64,000 bases of DNA from a virus. The stretch spans positions 3,683 to 67,682 of IMG/VR virus record IMGVR_UViG_3300005253_000655. One strand, 5' to 3'. Shown piece after piece: positions 38,183-48,672 of this stretch; the stretch's first letter is position 1, and the number at the start of each line of letters is the position of its first letter. The position numbers and the translations under genes are program-made. A model generated the notes under the pieces. That model did no database searches. It saw nothing but the letters and a program-made list of their open reading frames with translations, and had not been told where the DNA came from.

Positions 38183-38364
38183 TATAACCCTCCTTTCTTT
38201 TTTATTAGGATCAAAAGTGAGCAGGGCCAGGAGACTTTGACCCTGCACACTTTCGGAGGAGCGTGGGATTGTAGGACAAGTCAGGCAGCTCCACCTCTCG
38301 GCACATTTGCATACCCTTGACCTATCACCTCCAACACTTGCCTACTTACCCACTGGGTTAAACT

Positions 38365-39204
38365 TTACTCGTCGGTGCTCAGCGCAGTCAAAACACCGCC
38401 TTCTAAATTCCAGGGTCCAGCGGAAAGATACTCGTCACCGTTGGTGATCTGGATTATGGCGTTACGATTCGGATCATCCTGAAGGTCTGTGAAGATATGA
38501 CGGGGCAGATCTTTCTTTGTCACGCCGTCATCACCAGCTTTCTCAAGCAGACCGAGGATGTAAATCGTCGCCTCAGCTTCAGCCTCCCCGCTAGCAGCTT
38601 TCTTTGTGGAGGCTTTCTTCCCTGCGGCTTTCTTTGCGGGGGCTTTCTTTCCCTTCTTCCCCGCAGCTTTCTTGGGGGTTTCTCCCTCTTCTGCATCCCA
38701 AGGCAGAACCTTGATTTCCTCTATCACGAGGATTGTCTTGGGGAATTTCTTGGTACCGTCGTCATTGGTTTTGGCCTCATCAAGACCCTTTCTGACGGGG
38801 GCCGGTTGCCTGACAACGTGCGCTTCCATACCTGCCAACACACTGATAGGGCCGTCGAGCTTGTCCATCGGAAACCCTGCGTTGGCCAGGGAAGTCATAA
38901 AGATCCCACAATTGCTGCTGGTTTTGATCGTGGCATTTTGACCAGGGCTGATATCGGTAAGCCTTTCGCCTTCATCATCCGGTACCCAGGTATTTTTATC
39001 ACCACACGACTGGTAGTCATCGAACGTGGCGTTATCCTCCAACACCCGATAACTCACTTTGAGGACAGGGACGGGGATGGGCTGTGATCCGTTGTAATCG
39101 TACATCTCGAATGCCGCGCCGGTAATCTCGACATCCACGTCGTCGATTAACCCTCCTTGCGTCATGTCCTCGGGACTAAAACTCGCGTACTTCTTGTCTG
39201 CCAT
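38365..39204 (-). CDS. Probable ssDNA-binding protein with Lys/Ala-rich segment
   Basis: Own promoter, replication-module context, KKAAGKKGKKAPAKKAAGKK. Confidence 0.45.
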   Translation of the reverse strand: MADKKYASFSPEDMTQGGLIDDVDVEITGAAFEMYDYNGSQPIPVPVLKVSYRVLEDNATFDDYQSCGDKNTWVPDDEGERLTDISPGQNATIKTSSNCGIFMTSLANAGFPMDKLDGPISVLAGMEAHVVRQPAPVRKGLDEAKTNDDGTKKFPKTILVIEEIKVLPWDAEEGETPKKAAGKKGKKAPAKKAAGKKASTKKAASGEAEAEATIYILGLLEKAGDDGVTKKDLPRHIFTDLQDDPNRNAIIQITNGDEYLSAGPWNLEGGVLTALSTDE

Positions 39205-39263
39205 GTTTACTACCTCCTTTAAATTGTGAACGGTTGCGAACGTCTCTCTAAACATTAAGGCAC

Positions 39264-39293
39264 ATTATACCATAATGATTTGCCATTTGTCAA
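39264..39293 (-). promoter_or_regulatory. Sigma-70 promoter
   Basis: TTGACA-N18-TATAAT with TG extension. Confidence 0.75.
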
Positions 39294-39805
39294 GCTTTTT
39301 CTTCCTTGCCGAAAATATATTTCTTGAGTCGCGTTAATACACTGTTGTCAAGAGGACGCTGCTGCCTAGCCTGATAAGCTCGCTGCCTGCAGCGGTCACA
39401 ATCCGTCAACGTGTGGCATGCGGCACAAAGCACGCAGCCACACTCCAAGCACGTGAAAAACCTCTCATAGGAAGCTATGCAGATGTTTACCTTGCAATCC
39501 ACACACCCTTCCATAGTCAAAAGGTTACCCCCCAGGTCTTCGCACATTAGATTCAACATAGTTATTTCCCCTCCTTAAGGTAGGATCTTATCCCAAAGTT
39601 TTTTTATCCAGCTTTGTTCCTGGTAAGCTTGCTGAATGCACTCATCACACTTTTCTTCGTAATAGCAAGTTGAGCAAAGTGTGGCGTGACAATCCCTACA
39701 ACGAAAGAAATCCTCACTGTACAATATGCAGATATTTACACCGCAATCTTTGCACTTCTCTACTTGCATCTCTGTCCCTCTCCAATTCTCATATTCTTCT
39801 AGCAT
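39290..39805 (-). CDS. Two paralogous Zn-finger proteins (39290-39559, 39575-39805)
   Basis: C.DC.VNICI....FF.C..C...LC..C....CD.C.Q.AYQ shared. Confidence 0.65.
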
Positions 39806-40013
39806 AATTATTTCTCCCCTCCCTTAGTAGGTACTGTTATCCTCTGCGCCCTGTTCATATCCAGCCTTATAACCTATCTCGAAAATCTTAATAGGACCCA
39901 ACTCTTTAAAGTCTATCAGTTTAGAAATTTCCTCGAACGCTTCCATCATTCCCTTACAATCATAACAAATCTCCTTATCCTCCCTTACGAAGTACATCTT
40001 TGTACCGCAAATT

Positions 40014-41624
40014 TTACATATTATCGTCATGATATTCCCCCTTATATAAAGTTGCAGGCGGCGGTATCGCCCCCTTAGCCACAAATGCTTCATTAAACCA
40101 GTCTGGGGCAAAGCTACTGTATCGTTCCATGAACCACCCTATGTTGTCGTCGATAATGAAGTTCTCACACAGATCATCCGCCGCCCTACACCCTCTTCCG
40201 CACGCTTGCACCAGTTGCTGCATGGCGATATATGGCGCATAATCTCTATCATCCTTGGCCCGTGCCGCCGTGATCTTGTTACGTGTATCAGGATAACAGA
40301 GTTTGCCTATTATCTGATACCTGCACTCGTCGTAGGGGAAATCAAACCCTGTAGTCACTGACGGGCTCACAAGTGTTGAAGGCGGCATGCTGTCCTTGAA
40401 TTCTAACACTCTGCGCTCCGTGTCTGCCCGTTGATGTGTGATCATACTAGACTTAAACTTACTATTGTTCAAGATCAGATCCCGCCGTATATAACTGCCA
40501 GTATGCATTATCCCCTTTCGATCCAACCTTGGCCGGATAATCTGATCCACCCTCCGCTGCCATACCCGCATTTCCTCCGGGGTAGTGCGAAAATTGAGGC
40601 GTATGGTTGGTATGTGAATCAACAACCTTCTATCTACGGGGAACATATGTGGGTACTCGCTCATAATAAGCTCCTCCCCGGCGATACCCAAATACTCCAT
40701 CGTCTTCGCTCTCACAGACGCAGAGGTCAACAACACCTTTTCAATGTCCTGAAATAGATACTTCTCACAATATGCCTTGGGCCAGATGGGACAAAACGTG
40801 GCGCTGAACTTATCCACATCCAACACCCAATCGTCCTCATCTGCCTTTGCCAATGTCTCAAGATCCTGCAACAAGGATCTCAGCCTGGACAGCTTCCACC
40901 TATCGTTTTGATCCCCTCCCCCACCTTTAATGTAATCCACCAGGGCATCCACTTCAACCCCCACCCCCTTGCCACGATCCCAGGCCCAGGCCTTCCACAT
41001 CGGCATCGTCATCTGATAGATCTCGTTATTGGAGGGAAGTATGGGCTTTATCAAGGGATCTGTGCGACTCAGCTTGACAGTCAAAAAACTGCTCACTGTG
41101 TCCGGGGTATCATGCGCCTCATCACACACCATGAAGTTGAATTTCCCCAGGCCGTCTCCGTAGGCGTTCGATGTCATCCAGTAGGCATAGTTGGAAATAA
41201 CAAGAGGAGCTTTCAACGCCTCCTTTACCTTGTCAAAATATGAGCACCCGCTATCCCGCAACTTACATCGTATCCCGGCATTGCACGGACCAGTATCGCA
41301 CCGGCTCCCGTCATTCAGCAATAAACAAGGATATGCATTGCGCCCCCGGATATCCACGGCACCCATTGATTTAAAGTCGAATATTAATTGTGATTGTAAA
41401 CCTTTGGTGGAGGTTAGGATAATCCCACGTCCCCTCTGCAGGGTTGCGGCGGCTACGTAGGTCAAGGACTTGCCAAATCCAGTTGGACAGACTTGGGTTA
41501 TAAATCTCTTATCAGTGTCAACGATCTCCAATATAGCTAAGTCTTGGAAAGGTCTCCACTCTGTATATCTCTCCGGCATATTAAAAGCCTGCGGAGGCGG
41601 TAATTCAAAAGGTTTGTGCAGCAT
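40014..41624 (-). CDS. DinG/Rad3-like SF2 helicase
   Basis: PTGFGKS, GRNAY.C with Fe-S Cys, DEAH, LTSAS, GFDFP, QACGRG.R. Confidence 0.88.
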   Translation of the reverse strand: MLHKPFELPPPQAFNMPERYTEWRPFQDLAILEIVDTDKRFITQVCPTGFGKSLTYVAAATLQRGRGIILTSTKGLQSQLIFDFKSMGAVDIRGRNAYPCLLLNDGSRCDTGPCNAGIRCKLRDSGCSYFDKVKEALKAPLVISNYAYWMTSNAYGDGLGKFNFMVCDEAHDTPDTVSSFLTVKLSRTDPLIKPILPSNNEIYQMTMPMWKAWAWDRGKGVGVEVDALVDYIKGGGGDQNDRWKLSRLRSLLQDLETLAKADEDDWVLDVDKFSATFCPIWPKAYCEKYLFQDIEKVLLTSASVRAKTMEYLGIAGEELIMSEYPHMFPVDRRLLIHIPTIRLNFRTTPEEMRVWQRRVDQIIRPRLDRKGIMHTGSYIRRDLILNNSKFKSSMITHQRADTERRVLEFKDSMPPSTLVSPSVTTGFDFPYDECRYQIIGKLCYPDTRNKITAARAKDDRDYAPYIAMQQLVQACGRGCRAADDLCENFIIDDNIGWFMERYSSFAPDWFNEAFVAKGAIPPPATLYKGEYHDDNM

Positions 41625-42154
41625 AACTTAATCCTCCCACTTTAAAAGTGATCCAAAGATGTAATGTGTAAAGCCTCTCAGCGGCCTGAGAATCGTCGTG
41701 AGGGCAAAATGCGGCCCCTTTCTTGGGTTTGGGGGTGTTCATGGCTCCTGCGTATCAGGATGGAAGCCTGAGCGGGCTACATGTCCATATCTAGGTCCGC
41801 CAAAGACTTTATGTCCTGCATTTCTACTGCGGGGGATTCCCACAAGTGCAAATGGTCTGGTATCCAGAAATCAAACCCGTCAAACTTCAGGAGCCTGGGA
41901 ATATCGGCATGCCTCCCTACGTCATCGTCGTGAATTATGCGCTCAATCATTGTCGCTCACCACATTTAACACACTTTACACTAGAGGTGCGAAAATCTAT
42001 GTCCCAGAAGTGTTCACACTCTATCTCATTCAAGCGTTCCAGCAGAGCCTTACAATCTGCATAAGTTTCCACACTCCTCGCTTGCCCTGTTTCAACTTTT
42101 TTAATGAATTTCTCACACAGTTCTCTTGCTTGTTGTATGATTTCTTCGTACATT

Positions 42155-42724
42155 TTATTCATCCTCCTCCATGTTTGTGAATAACGCCTTGGGGGTTTTA
42201 TCCATCAATTCCCCGTACTTATCACGCAGTTCCTTTGCATATTCATCCTTCCAATAACCCGCTGGCATCTCTTCCAGTGCCTTCTGGACATCCAACACCA
42301 CCCTCACAGCCTGCCCCCGCGCTCCTCTGCCTATGAAATAAGCGACTCTGGCAGCGAGCCCGTCGAGGTTTTCTTGAAACTTGGAAGCCAAATCATCGTC
42401 GTACATAATCCGCCTAATCACTTCCGCCTGAGCCAGGTTGGTATAGAAAGACCCGGGCTCCACGTCCTGCATCCATTTGAAATGATTTATCAAAGCGTGC
42501 CTCACCAGCTCCCCACTTGACCTGTACGGGAACTTCTTAGCTTGTATTATCTCATCCACCTGGGCAGGGAATTGATTAGGGCAACGGAACTGCATTCGTG
42601 TGGAGTGCCCTTTTGCATCCACGCTCTTGATGTGAAATAGTGACTCATCCACACCGTGGGATTGTTGCTTTGTATTCGTGTCCTCCATATCCTTCCCGGT
42701 GTTAATATCTTTCACGTTTGTCAT
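42155..42724 (-). CDS. Ribbon-helix-helix transcription regulator
   Basis: RMQFRCP....QVDEII....FPYRSSGELVRHAL. Confidence 0.6.
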   Translation of the reverse strand: MTNVKDINTGKDMEDTNTKQQSHGVDESLFHIKSVDAKGHSTRMQFRCPNQFPAQVDEIIQAKKFPYRSSGELVRHALINHFKWMQDVEPGSFYTNLAQAEVIRRIMYDDDLASKFQENLDGLAARVAYFIGRGARGQAVRVVLDVQKALEEMPAGYWKDEYAKELRDKYGELMDKTPKALFTNMEEDE

Positions 42725-43412
42725 ACGGAACCTCCATACCTTGTGCTCTTTTCTCTGCATCTTGCTGTTTGAACGAATCTAACAGCACCTTTTCTTTCTG
42801 CGTAAGAAACCCTTGCTTACGTCCCACTGCCCGGAACCAGGGGCTAGGATGATAGATATGATTGTGCAACATCTTCCAGCGTTGGTTTAAATAGTTGTTA
42901 TCAGTGTACTGCACATTTTCCAAGTCCTTAATATGATTTATAAGATCAAATTCCCTTTTCAAAGCAGTCAAATCACTGGAGGCATATTTTCCTATAGAAA
43001 CATCCAGCTTATATTCATCTAGTTCAGGTATACTTCCATATTTTGGCTTTCCTTTGTTCGCTTTCAACTTCTCATTTTTCTCCTCCAAGCTCCTCTTGCT
43101 AAGCACCTTTTCCGTATGAACTCCTTTAATGGAAATATCTAACCTACGATTGATATTCTCATACCGTTTTGCGTAAAATCCCTGTGTACTCTTTTTCGCA
43201 AATCTCGGGTCAGTGTAATTCTGAAGTCGAAATCTGCAAATCAACATTTCTTCTTCATAAATTATCTCTTCATTGTAATGTCGAAATTCCCCGTTTCTAA
43301 TTTTACGTTTGTACTCTCGGAATTTTTCCCAGTCAAAAGGACCCGTTTCACAGAAAGTGCGAATGCGGTCCCCAACACGCTTTCCCGGTTCCCTCCTTGA
43401 AAGATTTTCCAT
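42702..43412 (-). CDS. Basic hypothetical protein
   Basis: RBS GGAGG before MENLS; AT-rich; repeats and palindromes upstream. Confidence 0.55.
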   Translation of the reverse strand: MENLSRREPGKRVGDRIRTFCETGPFDWEKFREYKRKIRNGEFRHYNEEIIYEEEMLICRFRLQNYTDPRFAKKSTQGFYAKRYENINRRLDISIKGVHTEKVLSKRSLEEKNEKLKANKGKPKYGSIPELDEYKLDVSIGKYASSDLTALKREFDLINHIKDLENVQYTDNNYLNQRWKMLHNHIYHPSPWFRAVGRKQGFLTQKEKVLLDSFKQQDAEKRAQGMEVPYDKRERY

Positions 43413-43479
43413 TTTCCCTCCAAATTTTTTTCTTATAAAGAAATATGATGGGTAATACTCCCCCAAAAATTTGTACATG

Positions 43480-43565
43480 GTGACCAGTGACACAGTGACC
43501 AGTGACACAGTGACAAACCCTATAACTACCACAATGTGGTACAATAAGTATACCACAAAGTGATA
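43480..43565. repeat. Direct repeats (GTGACCAGTGACACA x2.4) and two TACCACA-N-TGTGGTA-type palindromes
   Basis: Read directly at 43480-43515, 43527-43541, 43551-43565. Confidence 0.75.
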
Positions 43566-43873
43566 GTTATTAATTTCTCTACACCAGTTTCAAGAGACCT
43601 TTGATCGTAATATCCTCACCGATTTCCATTGTAGCTTTGGACTCACAAAGAACCGCAGTACCATCTTTGACACCTTCCACAGGTATGATCTGTGTTCCTG
43701 CAAGAGTAGAAATAGACTGTATCTCCTTCTCTTCATCGTTTGTTCCCTTTTCTTTCTCTTGAGTGTCTTTAACTTCTGTTAGAATCGCCTTGAATTGCTT
43801 GTGTGAAACTAAAATAACTTTATTGTTCATGTTTGTTCCTCCTTTTAATTGAATAGCAACAACAATATCCCCC

Positions 43874-43903
43874 ATTATACAACATCGGGGACAGAGTTGT
43901 CAA
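43874..43903 (-). promoter_or_regulatory. Sigma-70 promoter
   Basis: TTGACA-N18-TATAAT upstream of ORF 43579-43830. Confidence 0.7.
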
Positions 43904-43914
43904 GGCAAAAGCGC

Positions 43915-44451
43915 TTATGTGAATAAGTTCAGGATACTACCGAGGCTCCCGGTCTTTGCTATCTTCTCTTTGCCGCGAGTGTAGGCCGTAACGCCAAGCA
44001 CCGTAGACCACAGGAGATACACAGGCATGGGGACATGAGAAATGTCCATATCTATTTTAAAGGCGGCGGTCAGGACTTGAAATAGGAAGTAATCACACCA
44101 AATAGTGAGACCAAAAAGGAACCCATTAAACGGCCTCCAGGCTCGTTGCATCCATGATCCGCTCATCGACTCGGATTGCATGGTTGCGTTGACTACGGCC
44201 AGTCTTTTGGAATCCTCCTGGGCCATTTGAAGTGTGAGGGTGTTTGTCGCTTCTTGAAATCGGAGAGTGTTTTCAGGGCTGAGGTTTAGGTTGGCTACCA
44301 GCTTGGAGGGATCTCCTTCGCCGGTTATGGCGGACGCAAGGTCTACCACTTTTTCTGCAGTGTCTTCCGCTTTACTTCCAAAAAGCTTGCCAAGGATCAT
44401 TGGAGCGAATTTCGCAGCCAAGGATATGGCAATGGGAATGAGTGGTAACAT
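43915..44451 (-). CDS. Holin (3-TM, GTA-holin-like)
   Basis: E..S.SW.Q..WRP..G...LG....R..EK motif. Confidence 0.75.
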   Translation of the reverse strand: MLPLIPIAISLAAKFAPMILGKLFGSKAEDTAEKVVDLASAITGEGDPSKLVANLNLSPENTLRFQEATNTLTLQMAQEDSKRLAVVNATMQSESMSGSWMQRAWRPFNGFLFGLTIWCDYFLFQVLTAAFKIDMDISHVPMPVYLLWSTVLGVTAYTRGKEKIAKTGSLGSILNLFT

Positions 44452-44594
44452 AAATTATTTCCTCCTTTTAGATACAGTTTTCTTGCCAGATTATCCAAGA
44501 GCGCCACATTCCCATCTGACCCCAGGAAACGTAGAATGAGTAATAACAATTTTTGGTTGTAATGTAAGGCATATGTATCCTCCTTTTTATGTTG

Positions 44595-44669
44595 TGGAGC
44601 GGGAGGCCGGAATCGAACCCGCGACATCAGGGATCAAAACCCCGCGCTCTACCACTGAGCTACACCCTC
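44595..44669 (-). tRNA. tRNA-Gln(TTG), degenerate
   Basis: Anticodon loop TTTTGAT; two acceptor-stem and one T-stem mismatch. Confidence 0.6.
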
Positions 44670-44678
44670 AGGAATAAT

Positions 44679-44752
44679 TGGAGCCACATGTAGGAATCGG
44701 ACCCACTTCATCTGATTACAAAACAGAGGTTCTACCAATGAACAAATGTGGC
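44679..44752 (-). tRNA. tRNA-Thr(TGT)
   Basis: Loop TTTGTAA, T-loop TCCGATT, CCA. Confidence 0.75.
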
Positions 44753-44753
44753 T

Positions 44754-44828
44754 TGGTCCGAACGAGGGGATTTGAACCCCTGACCTCACGCTTATCAAGC
44801 ATGTGCTCTACCACTGAGCTACGTCCAG
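44754..44828 (-). tRNA. tRNA-Ile(GAT)
   Basis: Loop TTGATAA, A73, CCA. Confidence 0.9.
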
Positions 44829-44834
44829 ATATTG

Positions 44835-44910
44835 TGGCAGTCTGTACGGGATTTGAACCCGTGATCTTCGCCGTGACAGGGCGACGTCTTGACCGCTAGA
44901 CCAACAGACT
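44835..44910 (-). tRNA. tRNA-Asp(GTC)
   Basis: Loop CTGTCAC, G73, CCA. Confidence 0.9.
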
Positions 44911-44911
44911 G

Positions 44912-44988
44912 TGGTTGCGGAGGAGGGAATCGAACCCTCGTTGAATCAGGGACATGAACCCTGTCAGGTTACCAACAACCTCTCCGCT
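44912..44988 (-). tRNA. tRNA-Met(CAT), initiator-like
   Basis: GGG/CCC anticodon stem, unpaired 1:72. Confidence 0.8.
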
Positions 44989-44997
44989 ACATTAAAA

Positions 44998-45083
44998 TGG
45001 TGGGTGAGGGAGGATTCGAACCTCCTGAGTCAATGACACGAGATTTACAGTCTCGACCGCTACCAATTACGGGTTACTCGCCC
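44998..45083 (-). tRNA. tRNA-Tyr(GTA)
   Basis: Loop CTGTAAA, long variable arm, CCA. Confidence 0.9.
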
Positions 45084-45301
45084 TTGATGAAATTATTGTA
45101 TATCCCTTGGCCCCAAGCATAAGCGTAAAATAATGTCAAAGCCAGAATGCCCCATTGTTCTTTGCTGATGGTCTCATAGACCCAGAAGGGTTCAGACAAT
45201 AAGCCGAAAACAAACCCCCATCGACTCCACGATTCCTTGCGTCCCACGAACCACACTGAAAGAACTCCGAATACAACTATCCCTATCTGTGCTAGTAGCA
45301 T
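45074..45301 (-). CDS. Small 3-TM membrane protein (PnuC/SemiSWEET-like)
   Basis: RWGF.FGLL..PFW....QWG......Y....G.Y. Confidence 0.55.
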   Translation of the reverse strand: MLLAQIGIVVFGVLSVWFVGRKESWSRWGFVFGLLSEPFWVYETISKEQWGILALTLFYAYAWGQGIYNNFIKGE

Positions 45302-45302
45302 A

Positions 45303-45992
45303 TTACTGAATTAGATCTACTAAGCCCCACTCCTTAGCTTGCTTGGCACTGAACCACGTGGTGGTACGCTCTCTCTCTATCCACTCTTCCACGGATAGGT
45401 TTGAACGGTCGGCTAGAACAGCAATGTAGCGTTCTTGAAGTAAACCCATCAAACGATTCTGAGACCGTATATCGGAAGCTGTTTCTCTGCCGGGCCATTT
45501 CCATAAGGATGCTTCGTGTACCATAAATATAGTACCTGGTGCGGCTATACGGGTATCTGCGACTGCGAAGATCGGAACTGCGGCGCTAGCTACAAGACCG
45601 GATGCACTGGCTGTAACTGTAAATCCTAGGCGTTGGGCGCGTTTGATCTGATCAGCTAAGGCCAAACCGGAAAAGGCATCGCCACCCGGAGAAGATATAA
45701 ACAGGTTTATTTTGATACGTTCAGGATTAGCGTCCCTCCGAGCGTACAATATGGAGAGATCTTTTTGCATATTGGTTAGGTCACCAACCGTGATGGAGGA
45801 ATAGAGCTGCATGTAGATCTCATTGCCCTCCACAAAGGTGGTGCGGGACAACTCCCCCCTCTTGTCCTTGGAAGGATCGGAACCCTCTTGGATTACAATA
45901 GTGGTGCTGGCAGCTTCAACGCCTCCCGCCCCTCCACCAAACAATAAAACAGCAAACAAGATACCTACTCCTACTCCTCTAAATGTTTTCAT
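45303..45992 (-). CDS. ClpP-like serine protease with N-terminal signal/anchor
   Basis: SSPGGD, GLVASAA (Ser), FMVH (His), TWFSAKQAKEWGLVD. Confidence 0.85.
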   Translation of the reverse strand: MKTFRGVGVGILFAVLLFGGGAGGVEAASTTIVIQEGSDPSKDKRGELSRTTFVEGNEIYMQLYSSITVGDLTNMQKDLSILYARRDANPERIKINLFISSPGGDAFSGLALADQIKRAQRLGFTVTASASGLVASAAVPIFAVADTRIAAPGTIFMVHEASLWKWPGRETASDIRSQNRLMGLLQERYIAVLADRSNLSVEEWIERERTTTWFSAKQAKEWGLVDLIQ

Positions 45993-46034
45993 AATACTAC
46001 CTCCTTTAAAGTTGTTTAGATTCTTCGGGGTATA

Positions 46035-46964
46035 TTATCCTATGCTCCCGAAGGCCTTATACACAAGGCTTGTGATTTGCAATAAATGCGCACCGACAAA
46101 CCCCCTGTGCCACCATTTTTGCACGGTCTCAACACGTGCGGTACGAGATATCAATCCTCTTCTCCCATCTACTTTGCCCTCCAAGGTTGTGATTTTCTTA
46201 GTACTGTTGTGAGAATTCCCCTCCAGTGCCACTACTCGTGCACTAAGACCTCCAGTTCCTTCAGACCCAAATAAGGATGACTGAAGCTTTGCGTGGTCAG
46301 CCTCATTTGCAGCCGTGCTTTTTTCGTAAGCCTGCTTTAGGTAATCAATCTTTTGGTTAAATAGTGCAAGAGCACTCAACACTTCCTCTTTATTGTTTGT
46401 CTTTTTATCGAACATGGTTAAGTTCCTTATAAAGTGGAACGCCCCGGGTGCCATTGAGGGGGTAAGCACCCGGAACGTAGGAGGAAAGAGCCATTATAAC
46501 ATAGCGGCCCGAAGAAGTCAAGGTAATTATCCAATGCTGCCAAGAGCCAAGGCACAAAAGGCTATGGCCTGCACAACAAAGGCTACAATGGTACCGATAC
46601 GGGATCTGCGTTGCCGGATTTCAATCTTGGTGATCGCTGCAGAGGTATAGGTGGTGAGACTTTGAAAGCGTTTCTCAATGGCTTCGAGTCTCGTGTTGAT
46701 GCCCCCAATGCCTTCGGACCCGGTGAGAGTCTTGAGGAGCTTGGAGTAGGAAACGTCGCTCTGGTCAGAGAGTTTGTTTATGCGGTCATAAATGCTTTGA
46801 GTTTTTGCGTCTATATTTTCGCTTGAGTGATTAACGGTTGTAATGACCTGGTCGTCAAACTTGTGCTCCATGTTGTCAGTTATATCTTGAACCCTATCCT
46901 TGAGAGATTTGATTTCAATAAGCAATTCGTGAACGCTGCCGAGTACCATGTCTTCTAAAGCCAT
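46035..46964 (-). CDS. Two paralogous coiled-coil proteins with C-terminal hydrophobic segment (46035-46415, 46527-46964)
   Basis: Both carry GSEG.GG..R..A.E and end in GSIG. Confidence 0.6.
46493..46521 (-). promoter_or_regulatory. Sigma-70 promoter
   Basis: TTGACT-N17-TATAAT with TG extension. Confidence 0.75.
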
Positions 46965-46969
46965 GTGAG

Positions 46970-47335
46970 TTACTCCTTAAAGTTGGGGATTTCTATATCC
47001 ATAAATTCCTGCACTGTCATATATTTGTTGGGTATGAAATCATACTGTGGCGCTTCAACAACTTCTCCGTCAATGAAGGAGATCCACACCCAACGGCGGT
47101 ACTCATTGAAGTATTGCGCTTGGGCGTGGCGGATGAACAGGCCTTTGTAAGGGCCAGTTTCGTGGCGGCGTGGAGTGGGTCCAACAGCAATGCGCACGGG
47201 GTAGTGTTCCCCGAACGTCAAGGCCGAGAGTACCGAAGTGTGACGGCACACGGGCCTGAATGTTCGTAAAGGAGTGGGGAGCGTGGAGCAGGCCACAAAG
47301 AGTAGAAGTAGCAGGGAGTAGAAGGTTGATTTCAT
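46970..47335 (-). CDS. Lipoprotein with possible transglutaminase-like Cys/His
   Basis: Lipobox LFVAC; CRH ... HAQA ... W. Confidence 0.5.
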   Translation of the reverse strand: MKSTFYSLLLLLFVACSTLPTPLRTFRPVCRHTSVLSALTFGEHYPVRIAVGPTPRRHETGPYKGLFIRHAQAQYFNEYRRWVWISFIDGEVVEAPQYDFIPNKYMTVQEFMDIEIPNFKE

Positions 47336-47341
47336 AGGATG

Positions 47342-47370
47342 ATTATACTCTCCAATCAGTAAGGAGTCAA
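47342..47370 (-). promoter_or_regulatory. Sigma-70 promoter (leaderless)
   Basis: TTGACT-N17-TATAAT, 6 nt before ATG 47335. Confidence 0.7.
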
Positions 47371-47378
47371 AGATATTG

Positions 47379-48653
47379 TTATCCTCTATCTTGCCACACC
47401 TTAATGTAATCTACGGTCACAGCGCGTTGAATAGCACCTCCAGTGAGATTTTGTACCATAATATATGGGGATACGGTAATACCAGCTTGGACAGTTCCAT
47501 TAATACTTGCTATACCAACTTCAGAATCGTTAATCCATACACGAGGTTTTTCTGTATCAGTTAGATCTATCTTAATTTTGATGTAAGTACCATTAGCAGC
47601 TACCACACCCATGTCATCATAGTTTACACCTCCTCCATTATCATTATCGAGAGAAACTATTTGGGTAGCACCAAAACCGTGAGCATTATCAGAATCAATA
47701 CCTACTACAAAAATATCATCATCAGGGGTGGTTTTATCCACAAATGATCCTTCCACGAAGCCAACACAGAAAAAAGCTGTGGATATGTCATCTATTTTGA
47801 TACGAGCCTCTAATACAGGATTAGAGTCTATTGCGATATTAGCCAATCCTGTTATAATCACACTATCATTATCTGCGGCTGCACACTTGGCTTCTAATGT
47901 TCCACCGATTCCAGCAGTGTATGTAACATTGCCTGACGCATAATTGGTACCGGCTGTAACCCAAGCATCTGCTTGTAATCCAGACTCGAATTCTACAGCA
48001 GCAGCTTCGTAGTCGAAATCTTCGCACCAAAAATAGGATCGTTGGTTAATGTTACCCGCTACATCTAAAATGTAGGATGGAAGACTGGTTTTAATACCTA
48101 TGTCGCCTTTGGAACTTATTCTCATGTGTTCTACAAGGTCCAATGTAGATGCAGCCTTAGTAGAGAATACTAAACCACCAGTACCACCGTTTGTTATGTC
48201 TCCACTCCAAGCTTCAACAACTCCGCTTATTTGAGCTGTAGGATATACTAAAGCTCCATTACCATTATAAGATGCGTGCTTAAACAATATACCATTAGAA
48301 TGCTCACTCACTCCACTGGTATCTGCTTTGGTGATTGTCAGCATGTTAAGGTGAGCATCATTATTGGTAATCTTCAATTCTACAAGAGTAGAAGGGGTAT
48401 TAGTGCCAAAACCAGTAAAACCATCACTACCTTGTACAAAAAGAGCATTTACGTTCCCTACTCCTTCCACCCGAAAATCTACATCAGCGCCAGCTTCATT
48501 GAATATAACTGCACCTGTAGTTTTCAGAGTTGTGAACGTCCCTGCAGCAGGCGTAGTCCCACCTATCACAGTGCCGTCAATTGTCCCCCCGGTGATTATG
48601 GCGTTAGAAGTTACAGCCTCATCTTGTAATTTCCCGTCAATTATTTCCATCAT
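47379..48653 (-). CDS. Tail fibre / receptor-binding protein
   Basis: GGTIDGTVIGGTTPAAG.FTT, GFGTNTP / GI.TSLP fibre repeats, lectin-like C-terminus. Confidence 0.7.
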   Translation of the reverse strand: MMEIIDGKLQDEAVTSNAIITGGTIDGTVIGGTTPAAGTFTTLKTTGAVIFNEAGADVDFRVEGVGNVNALFVQGSDGFTGFGTNTPSTLVELKITNNDAHLNMLTITKADTSGVSEHSNGILFKHASYNGNGALVYPTAQISGVVEAWSGDITNGGTGGLVFSTKAASTLDLVEHMRISSKGDIGIKTSLPSYILDVAGNINQRSYFWCEDFDYEAAAVEFESGLQADAWVTAGTNYASGNVTYTAGIGGTLEAKCAAADNDSVIITGLANIAIDSNPVLEARIKIDDISTAFFCVGFVEGSFVDKTTPDDDIFVVGIDSDNAHGFGATQIVSLDNDNGGGVNYDDMGVVAANGTYIKIKIDLTDTEKPRVWINDSEVGIASINGTVQAGITVSPYIMVQNLTGGAIQRAVTVDYIKVWQDRG

Positions 48654-48672
48654 ATGTCTCCTCTTTATATTG

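Noticed and set aside
45303-45992. Prohead maturation protease
   Set aside because: Remote from head genes and carries a signal-like N-terminus
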